A DNA stretch of 64,000 nt from an uncultured Thermococci archaeon (GTDB lineage Archaea > Methanobacteriota_B > Thermococci > Methanofastidiosales > B48-G16), in contig CAZQQT010000004.1 in NCBI GenBank assembly GCA_964595645.1, positions 128,001-192,000 of the forward strand, given 5' to 3'. The notes under the pieces are model-generated. The model had not been told where the DNA came from. It saw only the letters and a list, made by a program, of their open reading frames with translations, and did not search any database. Below are positions 20,638-31,071 of the stretch, in pieces. How positions within the stretch are numbered: position 1 is the first letter of the stretch; each line of letters starts with the position of its first letter. A program made the translations under genes and the position numbers.

Positions 20638-20696
20638 GGTGGGGTTGGTAAACATCCGTCCAATAACTTTAAAAGTTTAAGTCGTTTTCACTATGT

Positions 20697-22142
20697 GTGA
20701 CTCTTAAGCAAACCGTTAAGGACATAGGCATAATCGGAATCTCAAAGATGCTACTTTCAGTAGCAGGGATAATTTTAATCCCTTTTTTGACCAAGATCCT
20801 GGGCGAACACGATTATGGTTTGTGGGTACAGGTAAGTGCAACAATAGGCATTTTAAACCCCATCATCAGAATGGGGTTGCCCTATGCCACTGTGCGCATA
20901 TTCCCTTCAAAAGATGATATCAAAGAGATCGGTAAGGATTTCTCTGCGATAACTTTCCTTGTTCTAACCACTTCTATCTTCGCTTCCACATTGATATTTT
21001 TATTCCCTTCAATACTGGCAAATACAATATTTGAAGGACGTATTATAATCGTACAAATCCTAGCCGTATTTTTGTTCGTCCGTTCTATGGATGAACTGTT
21101 CATAACTGTATTTAGAGCTTTTAGAGAGATGAGAACCTATGCCATTTTGGAAGTGACCACCAGATATTCCGAAATAGCTCTTGCAGTGTCTTTGGTTATA
21201 ATGGGTTACGGCCTGATCGGAGCAGTACTCGCATTGGTATTTGTGAGAGGTTTATTGTTTATTGTTCTCACGATTTTAGTATCAAGAAAGTTAAAATTTA
21301 CAAGACCTAAATTCTCCAGAACGAAGGAATATCTAAACTTTGGAATACCTCTAATACCTTCCGATCTTTCAGTATGGTTGGTTAGCACTAGTGATAGACT
21401 TCTGATAGGTTTCTTTTTGGGTGCTACCTTTGTTGGTTATTATACTCCTGGCTACATGTTAGGGATGGCAATACCTGCAATGTTCACTGGAGTTCTCGTT
21501 TTTGTTTTAACGCCTGCCTTTTCAGAATATTACGAAAATAATGATTTGTCAACTATCTATGTGATAACAAGCTATTCGGTGAAGTTCTTTTTGATTATCT
21601 CTTCTCTTTATTTTATAGGTGTACTACTCTTCGGAAGACGTATTCTTGAAATATTTGCAACCCCTGCAATTGCAGAAAACGGTTACATCATAATTATTTT
21701 TACATCTATTACGGGTTTCTTTATGGGTATTTACACGCTTTTTTCAAGATATATAATATTAAAAAATCGAACAAAATTAATAGCGAGTTTTTGGATGATC
21801 GCAAGTTTCGTGAATATTTCAGGAAATATTTTGTTAATCCCACGCATCGGTATAATCGGTGCTGCAATTACAACCGTTATATCCTACTTCATACTGGTTA
21901 CATTAGCTTTAAACTTTGCATTGAAAAACTTTGATATCACAATAAAACTAGATTATATTCCAAAATTGGTTGTTTCTTCTTTTCTTACCTCGATATTCAT
22001 CTTTTTTTTAATCAATTATCTAACAATAACACCCATATACATCGACATCGTTTTGGGTTCGGGTTTTTATCTATTATCCGTTTTGATTTTTAAAATATTA
22101 AAAAAAGAAGAAATTACTTTCGTTAAGAGTATAATAGGATAA
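20697..22142 (+). CDS. Wzx-like oligosaccharide flippase (MOP family)
   Basis: About 14 TMs; LTKILGEHDYG, DRLLIGFFLG..VGYY and LLIPRIGIIGAAITT motifs. Confidence 0.9.
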   Translation: MTLKQTVKDIGIIGISKMLLSVAGIILIPFLTKILGEHDYGLWVQVSATIGILNPIIRMGLPYATVRIFPSKDDIKEIGKDFSAITFLVLTTSIFASTLIFLFPSILANTIFEGRIIIVQILAVFLFVRSMDELFITVFRAFREMRTYAILEVTTRYSEIALAVSLVIMGYGLIGAVLALVFVRGLLFIVLTILVSRKLKFTRPKFSRTKEYLNFGIPLIPSDLSVWLVSTSDRLLIGFFLGATFVGYYTPGYMLGMAIPAMFTGVLVFVLTPAFSEYYENNDLSTIYVITSYSVKFFLIISSLYFIGVLLFGRRILEIFATPAIAENGYIIIIFTSITGFFMGIYTLFSRYIILKNRTKLIASFWMIASFVNISGNILLIPRIGIIGAAITTVISYFILVTLALNFALKNFDITIKLDYIPKLVVSSFLTSIFIFFLINYLTITPIYIDIVLGSGFYLLSVLIFKILKKEEITFVKSIIG

Positions 22143-22171
22143 TGAGATAAATTCATATCATTTTTTGATAA

Positions 22172-23317
22172 TTAAGCAATCACGTTTTTAAAAATTAAAA
22201 CTATATCTGATTGGTTTAATACAATAGGATTGTTTTTCAAACGTTCCATATTTACTCTAGATACAAAATCATCTAATCGAATATTTTCACAAATATTCCC
22301 TAAATATGGTTCCAAACCTATCTCGTTCATCATTCGGCCGATGAAGTTTAATGCCTCTACAGGAGATGAACCATCCATCAACGAATATAACTCTGATATA
22401 ATCTCCTGATAATAATCCGTACCCCTTTTGTCTATCAGTTTATCAATATTTTCTCCATTATACTTCAAAAACTCCTTCATCATTATCGCAACTGCATGCC
22501 CATGTGGTATACCACATTTAGAGGTGATTACGTAGGAACATGCATGAGGGGCTGTAGTCTTTGAGATGTTAATAGCCTTTCCGGAAAGATTAGCTCCCTG
22601 TAACATGTTTTTTCTAGCTGCTAAATCATCTGGTTTTTCATACGCTCGGGATATGTTTTCGAGTATCAATTCAATAGCTTTTTTTGCATATTCTTTAGAT
22701 TCTTCTGTCGAGTTAACACTCCAATATGATTCAATGCCCTGGCATAAAGCATCCATGCCTGTACAAGCTGTTTGATACTTAGGTAAAGTTAACGTTAATT
22801 TAGGATCCAAGACCACATAATCCGGCAATATATATTCATGAGCAACCGAATATTTTTTCCCATCCATGTAAACCACAGCAAAATGCGTAGCCTCGCTACC
22901 CGTTCCAGCAGTGGTTGGAACAGCTAGAAAGGGTAACCCGTTGGACTCGATACTTTTTTCCTTCAAAACATATTTTTCTGGATTAGACTCTTGGAAAGAA
23001 AATATGTTGATCAACTTAGCAACATCAATGGCACTCCCTCCACCTACAGCCATAACTAAATCATTATCGTTTTTATTAAATTGTTCTACCCCATTTTTTA
23101 TCTCTTCAATTTTAGGATTCGAAGAATAATCTGTGAACTCGTCGAATTCAACATCCATCTCATCTTTGATTTTTTCTAACTCCTCTTTAGCTCCATTCAT
23201 CGAAAAGGATTTTTCACCATGAACTAGAAAAACTTTTTCAGCTTCTAAGTCATCCAAAACAACTCTAGTTTTTTCGATTGCTCCATCCTCAAAGAATTCT
23301 TTAACCATATCAATCAC
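22172..23317 (-). CDS. Phosphonoacetaldehyde reductase (group III iron-dependent alcohol dehydrogenase)
   Basis: GGGSAIDVAK, PTTAGTGSEATHFAV, DALCQGIESYWS, AINISKTTAPHA and HGHA motifs; in an operon with pepM and ppd. Confidence 0.85.
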   Translation of the reverse strand: MIDMVKEFFEDGAIEKTRVVLDDLEAEKVFLVHGEKSFSMNGAKEELEKIKDEMDVEFDEFTDYSSNPKIEEIKNGVEQFNKNDNDLVMAVGGGSAIDVAKLINIFSFQESNPEKYVLKEKSIESNGLPFLAVPTTAGTGSEATHFAVVYMDGKKYSVAHEYILPDYVVLDPKLTLTLPKYQTACTGMDALCQGIESYWSVNSTEESKEYAKKAIELILENISRAYEKPDDLAARKNMLQGANLSGKAINISKTTAPHACSYVITSKCGIPHGHAVAIMMKEFLKYNGENIDKLIDKRGTDYYQEIISELYSLMDGSSPVEALNFIGRMMNEIGLEPYLGNICENIRLDDFVSRVNMERLKNNPIVLNQSDIVLIFKNVIA

Positions 23318-24020
23318 CTAAAAAACTTTTAGCCTTTTTCAAATCAGGTTCAGTATCTATCTCCATGCAGAAAAGATCAGAAAAATCAACACTTTGTATC
23401 TTTAATTTTTCTTTTTTCAATAAGGGATTCAAAGCGTTTTCAGCGTACACCCCTTTTTTTCCATCTTCTACAAAACTTTCCATGGACCCCATCCATCTTT
23501 TAAAATCTTCATTTTTCAAAAAATAAAATGGCATAAAACCTACTTTTCCATCTATATCTACACCTATCTCTTTTACAAATCCATCTTCTATACAAGCATT
23601 GAAATCTTTTTTTAATGATTCGTCATGATTCACGAGTCCACGGCTATACTTATCATCATATAACAGTAAATCTAAAATCCTTTTTTCGAATACTAAATCG
23701 CCGTGTAGTAACAAAATATCTTCAGGCCCGATCAATTCCTTTGCCAGATAGAGAGAATAGATATAATTTGTAGATTTGTATTCTAGATTGTGTACGTATT
23801 CGATTTTTAACTCGTTATAAACTTCTTCAACATGTTCTTTTAGTTTATCTTCAAAGGGTCCTGTTGTTATGACAATCTCCTTGATACCTTTCTCCGAAAG
23901 CAATCTTAGCTGCCTAGACAATATAGTTTCATCATTTAATTCCACCATGCATTTAGGCTTGTCATCGGTATAGTGCCCCATCCTCTTACCTTCACCTGAA
24001 TTAAGGATTATAGCCTTCAT
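23310..24020 (-). CDS. LicC/PntC-like cytidylyltransferase
   Basis: AIILNSGEGKRM...PKCM, NYIYSL, LLHGDL and EIDTEPDL motifs. Confidence 0.85.
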   Translation of the reverse strand: MKAIILNSGEGKRMGHYTDDKPKCMVELNDETILSRQLRLLSEKGIKEIVITTGPFEDKLKEHVEEVYNELKIEYVHNLEYKSTNYIYSLYLAKELIGPEDILLLHGDLVFEKRILDLLLYDDKYSRGLVNHDESLKKDFNACIEDGFVKEIGVDIDGKVGFMPFYFLKNEDFKRWMGSMESFVEDGKKGVYAENALNPLLKKEKLKIQSVDFSDLFCMEIDTEPDLKKAKSFLGD

Positions 24021-24029
24021 GGTCTCACT

Positions 24030-25166
24030 TTAATCCTGCAAAAAATCCATGAACATCTCTTTTCTTTCTATCGGTCCGATATCTGGCCTACCTAAATCTT
24101 TTCTAGCACCTTTTTTAACTCTAACTTCAAGAAGAGCTGGTCCTTTTGTTTTCAACAACTCCTTAATTTTCTCATCTACTTCCGATGGAGTGTTAGCTTT
24201 CATTACTTTGTTATATCCCGCTCCTTCAGCAATCTTTTGGAAATCTACAACTGGAGCAGCTGTAGGCTGACCACCTACAGAATCGTGGGCACAGTTATTT
24301 AGTATTACATGTTTAAGATTGACTGCATCATTCAAGCTTATTGTAGATAAAACTCCCATGTGCATGATCAAAGAACCGTCACCTTCAATGCATATAACCT
24401 GTTTATCTTCATTTCTTAAAGCTATCCCTAAAGCTATCTGTGAGGCGTGTCCCATCGAACCGACCATCAAAAAATCTTTCTCATGTCCTTGGTTCAATCT
24501 TCCACGTACTTCGTAAAGCTCCCTAGATATCTTACCTGTGGAAGAAACCACAAGATTTTCTCCAGTCTTCCATTCAATATTTTTTATAATCTTCTCGATC
24601 GCTTCTTCCCTAGTAATATCACAACTGATATTTTCATCCTGTTCTAAAGTATATTCTAAGAAAGTTCCTCTCTTAACAACTAATGCTCGAGGTTTTTTAT
24701 CGTCTTTCATATCCTTAACAATCTCTTCGACCAAAGCTTTAGCTTCTGATATCTTTTCAGGCAAAACAAAGTTGGGTATATCCATAGTATCCAACAGATC
24801 TCTAGTGACTTTCCCTTGTTTGATGTGCTGACAGGTATCTTTCTTACCTGGTTCACCTCTCCATCCTATCATCAAAAGAACAGGTATATTGTACACTTCT
24901 TCATCTACCAAAGACAACAGCGGATTAGTAGCATTTCCCATACCAGAATTTTGCATGTAGACCAGTGGAATTTTTCCTGTGGACAAGTAATACCCCGACG
25001 CTACACCAATTGCATTACCTTCATTCGCAGCGATAATATGATTTCCTTTAGATACGTTATCTGTGACATAGGCACAAAAACACTTCAGTAATGAATCAGG
25101 AACTCCAGTAAAAAACTCTACATCATTATCAATCAATGTAGAGAAAAATTCTCCAGGATCTAACAT
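24030..25166 (-). CDS. ppd: Phosphonopyruvate decarboxylase
   Basis: FFTGVPDSLLK, ANEGNA, YMQNSGMGN, STGKISREL, GSMGH, EGDGS...NN and HDSVGGQPT motifs. Confidence 0.93.
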   Translation of the reverse strand: MLDPGEFFSTLIDNDVEFFTGVPDSLLKCFCAYVTDNVSKGNHIIAANEGNAIGVASGYYLSTGKIPLVYMQNSGMGNATNPLLSLVDEEVYNIPVLLMIGWRGEPGKKDTCQHIKQGKVTRDLLDTMDIPNFVLPEKISEAKALVEEIVKDMKDDKKPRALVVKRGTFLEYTLEQDENISCDITREEAIEKIIKNIEWKTGENLVVSSTGKISRELYEVRGRLNQGHEKDFLMVGSMGHASQIALGIALRNEDKQVICIEGDGSLIMHMGVLSTISLNDAVNLKHVILNNCAHDSVGGQPTAAPVVDFQKIAEGAGYNKVMKANTPSEVDEKIKELLKTKGPALLEVRVKKGARKDLGRPDIGPIERKEMFMDFLQD

Positions 25167-26468
25167 CTATTTCCCTCCAGGTATAAGAGTTAAGATGTCT
25201 CTTATACCCATACAGTACTTTTCGTCTGCTTCCTTAGCTCGATTGTGCTCCAAGATACTTTCAGCAGCTTTCTTCATAGCTGGATATGCACTACGCAGGA
25301 GATGATTGGCATAAATAACCACATTTGCTCCGGCTTCTATCAACTCTTCTTCGGTTATTTGACAATACGTGGTTGGAACCACGACAACTGGAACCTTATA
25401 CTCAAAATCTTCATACTCGTCAAAGAACGCTAAGATATCATCTGGATCATCGTCTTTGCTGTGGATCATTACAGCATCTACACCAGCATCTATGTAAGCC
25501 TCAGCCCGCTCCAAGGCATCATCTAATCCAGCATCAAGTATCAAGCTTTCTATACGAGCTATTATCATGAAATCATCAGTGACCTGTGCTTTTTTACCTT
25601 CTGATATTTTCCTCGTAAAGTTTTCTATAGTATCCTGTTTTTGCTCCACTTCTGTACCGAATAAGGAATTTCTCTTCAATCCTATCTTATCCTCTATTAT
25701 CACGGCAGAAACGCCTATTCTCTCTAGGGTTTTAACTGTGTAAACAAAATGTTCGACTTTACCGCCTGTATCCCCATCCAATATTATCGTTTTGGTCGTA
25801 ACCTCCAAGATCTCATTAATCGTATTGATCCGTGAAGTTTCATCGACTAACTCAATGTCAGGTTTTCCTTTCACTGTAGAATCACATAAACTACTTACCC
25901 ACATCCCATCGAAGCTTTCTATTTTATCCTCTTTAGGGAATTTTGTTTTCTCGGCTATCAACCCAGTTAATCCGTTATGAGCTTCTATGATGCGAACGAT
26001 GTCTTTTTTTTCTATAAGCTTTCTAAGCTTCTTCCTTCTTTCATCTGGCGTTGTTCCCAATTCTTCAATCTTTTCATCCAATTTATCTAGCGAAACATCT
26101 TTCGTATATTCAACTTCGACTAGTTCTCCTCCCCATTCCTCTAAAGTTTCTATAACTTTTTCCCTAATTTTTTGTTGAGGTCCAGTCTTCCAATCTTCTC
26201 CATGGACTACATAATCCGGCTTTAGCTCTTTCAATGTAGGGGTATAATCAAGTTCTTCTTGCCTAACTACGTTTTCAACGCCTTTGATATTTTCTATCAC
26301 TTTTTTGCGTTGATCGTACTCTAATAGAGGATAACGCTTATAGCTAGCCATTACTTCATCCGTCAAGATTCCTACTGTTACTTCCCCTAACTCCCTAGCC
26401 TTTTCTATCACGTTTATGTGGCCATGATGTATTATATCCGTTCCTATCGTAAGATAGACTTTTTTCAT
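25167..26468 (-). CDS. pepM: Phosphoenolpyruvate mutase with N-terminal cytidylyltransferase domain
   Basis: PepM signature EDKIGLKRNS (EDKx5NS); DGDTGG; N-terminal DIIHHGH (HxGH)...VVHGEDW. Confidence 0.96.
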   Translation of the reverse strand: MKKVYLTIGTDIIHHGHINVIEKARELGEVTVGILTDEVMASYKRYPLLEYDQRKKVIENIKGVENVVRQEELDYTPTLKELKPDYVVHGEDWKTGPQQKIREKVIETLEEWGGELVEVEYTKDVSLDKLDEKIEELGTTPDERRKKLRKLIEKKDIVRIIEAHNGLTGLIAEKTKFPKEDKIESFDGMWVSSLCDSTVKGKPDIELVDETSRINTINEILEVTTKTIILDGDTGGKVEHFVYTVKTLERIGVSAVIIEDKIGLKRNSLFGTEVEQKQDTIENFTRKISEGKKAQVTDDFMIIARIESLILDAGLDDALERAEAYIDAGVDAVMIHSKDDDPDDILAFFDEYEDFEYKVPVVVVPTTYCQITEEELIEAGANVVIYANHLLRSAYPAMKKAAESILEHNRAKEADEKYCMGIRDILTLIPGGK

Positions 26469-26504
26469 TTTTTACCTCCTTTTATTTAATTAGACTATTA
26501 CTCT

Positions 26505-27197
26505 CTAATCAATTATTGATTCATCATCTTTATAATAAATATAATCTTTTTTAGGTGTTTTCCAGTCTTTACCATATCTATATTCGAGATATTCTTCCAC
26601 AGGACTAGGAATATTGAATTTTATACCGTAAAATTGTATTGTAGATAACTCATTAAAATATTTTGCAGGTATTGAGATGAAAATTTTAGATGACAACATA
26701 TCATGGATTTTATTTAGACTTTTAATCATTTTCCTTCTGATTTCCGGAGAAAATTTGGAAAAAAAGTGTCCCATAGCGTTAGTTAGAAAAAAGGGATATC
26801 TTATTTTAATAAATTTAGCACTTCTTTTATCTTCAACTAAATGTCTAATATAATTAATCATTGGTCCAACATAATAATCATTTACTTTCCAAAAGGTAGT
26901 TGCAGTATCATCTTTTTTATCATACAATGTTATATCGATTCTAATATCTTCATAATAAATATGTATGTGTTTTGAATAAATAACTAAATAATCACTAGGA
27001 AGTTGGTGGAGAGCCTTTTTTACTTCATTATAATTGTCACTCCAACTTCCTAAGTCAATATCATTATCCCCTTCTATTATCTTTCCATCTCTAACTGCAC
27101 CAAGTAATGTTCCAGAATCCAACCAGAAACATATATCTTCCTTATCCAAAAGCGTTCCAATTCTTTTCAAGATTTTTGAAGCTTTTTTTCCTTCCAT
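26505..27197 (-). CDS. licD: LicD family phosphotransferase
   Basis: FWLDSGTLLGAVRDGKIIEGDNDIDLG; YLEYRYGKDWKTP. Confidence 0.85.
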   Translation of the reverse strand: MEGKKASKILKRIGTLLDKEDICFWLDSGTLLGAVRDGKIIEGDNDIDLGSWSDNYNEVKKALHQLPSDYLVIYSKHIHIYYEDIRIDITLYDKKDDTATTFWKVNDYYVGPMINYIRHLVEDKRSAKFIKIRYPFFLTNAMGHFFSKFSPEIRRKMIKSLNKIHDMLSSKIFISIPAKYFNELSTIQFYGIKFNIPSPVEEYLEYRYGKDWKTPKKDYIYYKDDESIID

Positions 27198-27227
27198 TCT
27201 GAATCACGTTATATAGAGGATTTATTA

Positions 27228-29006
27228 TTACGAATTCATTTTTTCAATTTTATAGGTGTAATAAAATTCATTGTCGTATACCCTATTTACTGAAGAATCA
27301 TTATTTAATTTATTATATGTTGTTTCATTAAAAAACCAGTCTTCTTCATAATCCGTAAATACTTCATAAAATAATATGCGCGTTACATCAGTATGAGTGA
27401 TATATCCAGAAAAGTTTTCTCCTACCGTCTCATGTTCCTTATATCCAAAATGTTGTGGCATTTCTTTTTCTTGTTGGCTTTGAATTCTATCCGGAACAGA
27501 ATACCTTCCATAAATAAGATGTCCCATCCTTTCTCTATCTGTCCCAAAACTCCAAATTGATTCATTCCCTTTGCTGTTTTCTAAAAACCATTCTGATCCG
27601 ACTACTTCTTGCAAAGAAACTTGATTATTAGCCTCTTTGGATATAGAGGAAGGATGTACACTAAAAACAGAAATCACTATAATAATAAAAATTAAAATAG
27701 TCAATATTATTGTTTTGGTCAATCTATTTTGAAAACTAAAGTTTATTATTATTGTGCTGATAAATATAGAAAAAAATGTAAACCATTTAAAAAGCCTATA
27801 AAAATGTACAAAATCAACAAAAAAATTCATTCCGGACCAAACTACAAAAGTTAGAAAAGATAAAATAAAAAATCCGGACAGATTTTTATTAAAAAAAACG
27901 AAGATAGTACTTTTTCTCTGTTTGACAAGTGTAAATAAGATAATCAATAACGAAAAAAATAACAGAATCATTTCCAAACCAAATCTAAACATTATTATTT
28001 GTATAGCATCTATAACTTTTACATCATACACATTCAAAGCCGCAGTATAGTATACTAAAGCAGGATTAATTGCTTCTTCAATAAATAATGAATATAAAGC
28101 TTTTCTAAATCCATGTTGTATTGTAGGAAATAAAAAATACCAATTAAACCAGAGTGAAAATAAAGCTAATACACCTTTATTTGGCAAATTTCTAAATTGG
28201 TGTTCGTCACTATATTTCAAAAAACTGCTGTGATAAATATAAAGATCGAAAATGATAAGAATTATAAAAATATAAAATGAGGATATTGGATGAGAAAAAA
28301 TCAAACCAACCATCATTATAAAAAAACAAATTAATGTATTCTTTTTCTTTTTTTCTCTGTAAATTTTGATTATTAAATATATAAGTAGAGGAAGAAATAA
28401 AAAAACCATGTTGTTTGGTTTAATATTCAAATGTACCGCCCCAAAAATCAAGAGTATTCCTAGTAAGATAGGATACTTTCTGTTTATATCATTAAAACCG
28501 TGTTTAAAAAGTATATATATCGAAGATGAAAAAAATATGTAAAAAACAATTGAAAAGAATTGAAATATTATAGTTACAGGCATCTTTGTTATCAATGCAA
28601 AATTTGTGGCAAAGACATGTAATCCGGGGTAGTAATTTTGATCGTGGACGAACCCCCTGCCCATTAGATCCTTAATACATCCTATATGAGTTATTATATC
28701 TCCTCTACTGTAAATAAAGTAACCTCTAAAAATCGGTAAGGATATAATTAAAATATTAATATATAAAATTACTCCAACCCCATACAAAAGATATTTCTTA
28801 TCATCTGAATGAATAACTACTAATGAACCAAAAATAAGAGAAATTACTATTAATAACCAAAAGTAATTTGGAAACGCGGAATATATTGATGGTTCATATG
28901 ATTCTACTTGGGGTGTAATAATAAGTATAATATCAATTAGTATTGAAGATATCAGTGCTAACAAAAGAATGAACCGGATGTGAATAGCTTTTAAATTAAT
29001 ACCCAT
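27228..29006 (-). CDS. Polytopic membrane protein, GT-C-like, typical of archaeal glycan loci
   Basis: About 13 TMs; RGDIITHIG...NYYPGLH; HP; C-terminal NRVYDN. Confidence 0.6.
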   Translation of the reverse strand: MGINLKAIHIRFILLLALISSILIDIILIITPQVESYEPSIYSAFPNYFWLLIVISLIFGSLVVIHSDDKKYLLYGVGVILYINILIISLPIFRGYFIYSRGDIITHIGCIKDLMGRGFVHDQNYYPGLHVFATNFALITKMPVTIIFQFFSIVFYIFFSSSIYILFKHGFNDINRKYPILLGILLIFGAVHLNIKPNNMVFLFLPLLIYLIIKIYREKKKKNTLICFFIMMVGLIFSHPISSFYIFIILIIFDLYIYHSSFLKYSDEHQFRNLPNKGVLALFSLWFNWYFLFPTIQHGFRKALYSLFIEEAINPALVYYTAALNVYDVKVIDAIQIIMFRFGLEMILLFFSLLIILFTLVKQRKSTIFVFFNKNLSGFFILSFLTFVVWSGMNFFVDFVHFYRLFKWFTFFSIFISTIIINFSFQNRLTKTIILTILIFIIIVISVFSVHPSSISKEANNQVSLQEVVGSEWFLENSKGNESIWSFGTDRERMGHLIYGRYSVPDRIQSQQEKEMPQHFGYKEHETVGENFSGYITHTDVTRILFYEVFTDYEEDWFFNETTYNKLNNDSSVNRVYDNEFYYTYKIEKMNS

Positions 29007-29064
29007 ATATACTCCTCAATTTACCAACTTTTTATAACCTTGAAGTTTTATTTTTAAAACTAAT

Positions 29065-29982
29065 TTATCTAATAAAATCAAACAATTTCTTAAATCGTTC
29101 TTTTCTATAATATTCAATCACATCCGGATCATTAATTCTTTCTTCTTGATTTATAAATGCTTGGAGATACCCAGAAATATGCCCAATACCATATACAGGT
29201 TTAGAAAACATACAAAAGAATATTCTAGCTAATAACATGAGAGGATGATAATATTGAATGTAGGCCCTGTATCCATGAAATTTCCCCATCTCATACATAT
29301 TTTCAAGTGTAGTATTAGTTTCACGAACCAAACACCCCCAAACATCTTCGATGTGAGCAACTTCATAACCATTCATTATAGCTTTAGCATGGATTATATC
29401 CGATGATGCATCCGTGATAGGAAAGCCGCCGATTTCATTAAGAAACGATTTCCTATAAATTCTGATTTCATCAAACGGTTCATCAACTCTATTTTCGCTG
29501 CTGTAAATTACTAAATTTTTATCATTTAGAATTCTTTGAGGTTGCTTTAGGGCTGAAACATCTATACTCTTTTTCAAAGTCATTAAATTTGGACTAGCTA
29601 TAGCTAAATCTGGTCGTTTCTCCATTTCGTTAATTATTCTTTCAAATGTTTCATCATGGAACCTAGCATCCGCATCAGCTTTGGCTAGATATTTAACCCT
29701 ATTAGAAATTTTTAAGGACTTATCAAATCCTGTGCTTAAAACTTTAGCAAAATGTTTTCCGAATGTCCTCTCTGATTTTTCTGACATCCTAAACGAATGT
29801 ATCCAGCCGTATTCAACACATAATTTTTTTAATAGTTCAGGCGTACTGTCAGTACTACCGTCGTCTATTATTACCCATGCTTGAGGTTTTTGCGATTGAT
29901 CTATAACACATTTTGCTAAGTCATTAATGTTTTCTTCTTCATTTTTTACTGGAGAGATTAAATTATAATCTGGGTTGACCAT
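29065..29982 (-). CDS. Glycosyltransferase family 2
   Basis: ISPVKNEE, IIDDGSTD and DAD motifs. Confidence 0.88.
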   Translation of the reverse strand: MVNPDYNLISPVKNEEENINDLAKCVIDQSQKPQAWVIIDDGSTDSTPELLKKLCVEYGWIHSFRMSEKSERTFGKHFAKVLSTGFDKSLKISNRVKYLAKADADARFHDETFERIINEMEKRPDLAIASPNLMTLKKSIDVSALKQPQRILNDKNLVIYSSENRVDEPFDEIRIYRKSFLNEIGGFPITDASSDIIHAKAIMNGYEVAHIEDVWGCLVRETNTTLENMYEMGKFHGYRAYIQYYHPLMLLARIFFCMFSKPVYGIGHISGYLQAFINQEERINDPDVIEYYRKERFKKLFDFIR

Positions 29983-30064
29983 GTTACATACCCCTCTCTA
30001 AATTAGATAAATATTTTTTCAACCACTTCACCATTTTGTTCTCAGCGCCTAATTTTCTTATTTT

Positions 30065-31057
30065 TTATTCTCCAATACTGTCTGTTACAGATTCAAAATT
30101 TTGAACATCATACATAACCATTCCAATATCCTCTTCTTCCAATAAATCAACAGTATGAAGAGATTGTTCTTCATTGACCTCTAAAACCGAACTCAATATT
30201 TTGGCATTAAACCCTAATTCTTCTGCAAAGTTATGTATAGCTTTTACATCTTTTGGGAAGCAACTACCTCCAAAGCCGGCTCCTGCATTCAAAAAATCTC
30301 TGTTGATTCGATGATCTAGGCCTACTCCATCCATCACGTCTATACATCGATTCCGACTTTTTCGCAAATTCTTGATAACTCATTCGCAAATGATATTTTA
30401 GTGGCTAGCAAGGCATTCGAGGCATACTTTATCATCTCTGCAGTCCTTATATCGGTCTTAACCACAGGCGCATCGAAATTTTCATAAGCTTTAGAAACCT
30501 TATTGACCGTTTTTTCATCCCTTCCTCCTATCACTATCCTATCGAGATTTAAGAAGTCATCCAATGCAATGCTACCCCTTCCCGTAAAAATTCAGGATTC
30601 ATACCGAGGCCCAAATCTTCTGCAATCTCTTTCCCGCTCTCTTCTAAAATGGTAGGACTTTTGTGTCAGTGGTAGTTGGAACTACGGTACTCTTAACACA
30701 AATTACATGATAATCATCTTTTTCTGATAAAGCCTTAGAAATATTTTCCGCAGTCTTTTCTACATCACTGGTATCGATACTACCATCTTGTTTAGAAGGA
30801 GTTCCCACACAGATAAAAGTAACATCGGTTTGTTTTATCGCATCTACAGTATCCGTCGTAGCTATCATTTTATCTTCATTAACTACTTCTTTCAATAATT
30901 TGTCTAGCCCCTCTTCGTATATAGGCGGAACTCCCTGATTGATTTTGTCGACTTTTTCTTCATCTATATCTACACAGGTTACTTCATGACCCTTGGATGC
31001 AAATCCAGTTCCTGAAACTAATCCTACGTAACCTGTACCTATTATGCTTATTTTCAT
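30065..31057 (-). pseudogene. ugd: Second UDP-glucose dehydrogenase, multiply frameshifted and truncated
   Basis: Three ORF fragments: GTGYVG; DRIVIG...AEMIKYASNA; GFGGSCFPKD. Confidence 0.88.
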
Positions 31058-31071
31058 CCAAAATCACCGTT

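Noticed and set aside
22172-27197. Methylphosphonate, 2-AEP or fosfomycin end product
   Set aside because: No MpnS/HepD dioxygenase, AEP transaminase, epoxidase or resistance kinase is visible in the window.
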